Source: Dehalococcoidia bacterium (lineage in GTDB: Bacteria > Chloroflexota > Dehalococcoidia > Tepidiformales > Tepidiformaceae). Taken from it: a stretch of 37,941 nt of DNA. A program made the position numbers and the translations under genes. The DNA is taken from assembly GCA_034428315.1 (NCBI GenBank), contig DAOUID010000314.1:1-37941 (forward strand), read 5' to 3'. Below the pieces are notes generated by a model. That model did not search any database and was not told where the DNA came from. It saw nothing but the letters and a program-made list of their open reading frames with translations. Within the stretch, counting starts at the first letter, position 1, and each line of letters starts with the position of its first letter. This document shows, piece by piece, positions 37,337-37,941 of the stretch.

Positions 37337-37941
37337 ATGACCGGCATCACCGAGGCCGTGGCCGAGGAGGCCGCCCTCGACTGGCTCCGCGAGAGCGGCT
37401 GGCAGACCGCCTACGGCCCGGACATTGCGCCGGAGACTGCTGGCGCTGAGCGCGACAACTACCAACAGGTCGTATTGGAGCGCCGCCTGCGCGCCGCCCT
37501 CGCGTCCCTGAACCCGGACCTTCCCGCCGACGCGCTCGAGAGCGCCTTCCGCAAGCTCACCCGCCCCGACGGCTCGACCCTCGCGGCCCGCAACCGCGCC
37601 TTCCACCGCATGCTCGTGTGGGGCGTCGAGGTCGAGTACCGCACGGCGGAGGGCGCCATCCGCGGGGCGCAGGCGCGGGTCGTCGACTTCGAGCGCCCGT
37701 CGGCTAACGACTGGCTCGCGGTCAACCAGTTCACTGTCACCGAGAACAAGCACACGCACCGCCCCGACGTCGTCCTGTTCGTGAACGGCCTGCCCCTGGG
37801 GGTCATCGAGCTGAAGAACCCGGCGAACGAGGACGCCACCATCTGGGACGCCTGGCAGCAGCTCCAGACCTACAAGGAGCACATCCCCTCCCTCTTCGCC
37901 CCGAACGAGCTGCTGATCGTCTCCGATGGCTCCCTCGCCCG
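37337..37941 (+). CDS. hsdR: Type I restriction enzyme R subunit, N-terminal part (runs off window)
   Basis: Not in the ORF track because it is open at the window end. My hand translation from ATG 37337 reads [33 protein letters not shown]...[47 protein letters not shown]. This is the HSDR_N PD-(D/E)xK nuclease domain. Confidence 0.85.
   Translation, partial: MTGITEAVAEEAALDWLRESGWQTAYGPDIAPETAGAERDNYQQVVLERRLRAALASLNPDLPADALESAFRKLTRPDGSTLAARNRAFHRMLVWGVEVEYRTAEGAIRGAQARVVDFERPSANDWLAVNQFTVTENKHTHRPDVVLFVNGLPLGVIELKNPANEDATIWDAWQQLQTYKEHIPSLFAPNELLIVSDGSLA

Overview
This is a high-GC bacterial chromosomal segment in two parts; hand-counted 60-nt lines in the core give about 67-73% GC.

PART A (1-18,733) is ordinary core genome:
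- a RibD_C-like reductase
- hisI-hisF-hisA-hisH on the minus strand, with overlapping stops and starts
- NAD-dependent DNA ligase ligA
- a class I SAM methyltransferase
- the rod-shape operon mreB-mreC-mreD-mrdA(PBP2)-rodA
- a DsbA-like thiol oxidoreductase
- a small oxygenase cluster: SnoaL-like protein, Baeyer-Villiger monooxygenase, HSL-family esterase and two tandem SDRs (the first frameshifted)
- an AlkD-like DNA alkylation repair protein

PART B (about 18,740 to the window end) starts where GC drops and becomes patchy. Single lines hand-counted at about 55-58% near 18.8-19.7 kb and about 40% near 35.8 kb. The content switches to a roughly 19-kb defence/accessory island, with no integrase, transposase, tRNA or CRISPR array visible in the window. 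The island holds:
- (i) an ABC/AAA_15-21-type ATPase -> 154-aa PD-(D/E)xK protein -> permuted SPPY DNA methyltransferase operon
- (ii) convergent to it, a DGQHR (DndB-family ParB/Srx) protein + 805-aa GHKL ATPase operon with no Dnd/Dpd/Ssp partners
- (iii) an orphan RecB/Cas4-like PD-(D/E)xK protein
- (iv) a small ORF + HNH nuclease
- (v) a decayed SNF2-helicase C-terminus
- (vi) a type I R-M operon hsdM...hsdS...hsdR. Its two inter-subunit gaps carry seven passenger genes: higB, a higA::ImmA fusion and a membrane protein in the first; a low-GC trypsin-like protease, DUF433, hicA and hicB in the second.

The best candidates for an undescribed system are (ii) and (i), separately or together, followed by the protease in the PrrC-like slot of the type I locus.

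All calls rest on reading the translations and motifs by eye. No database search was run.
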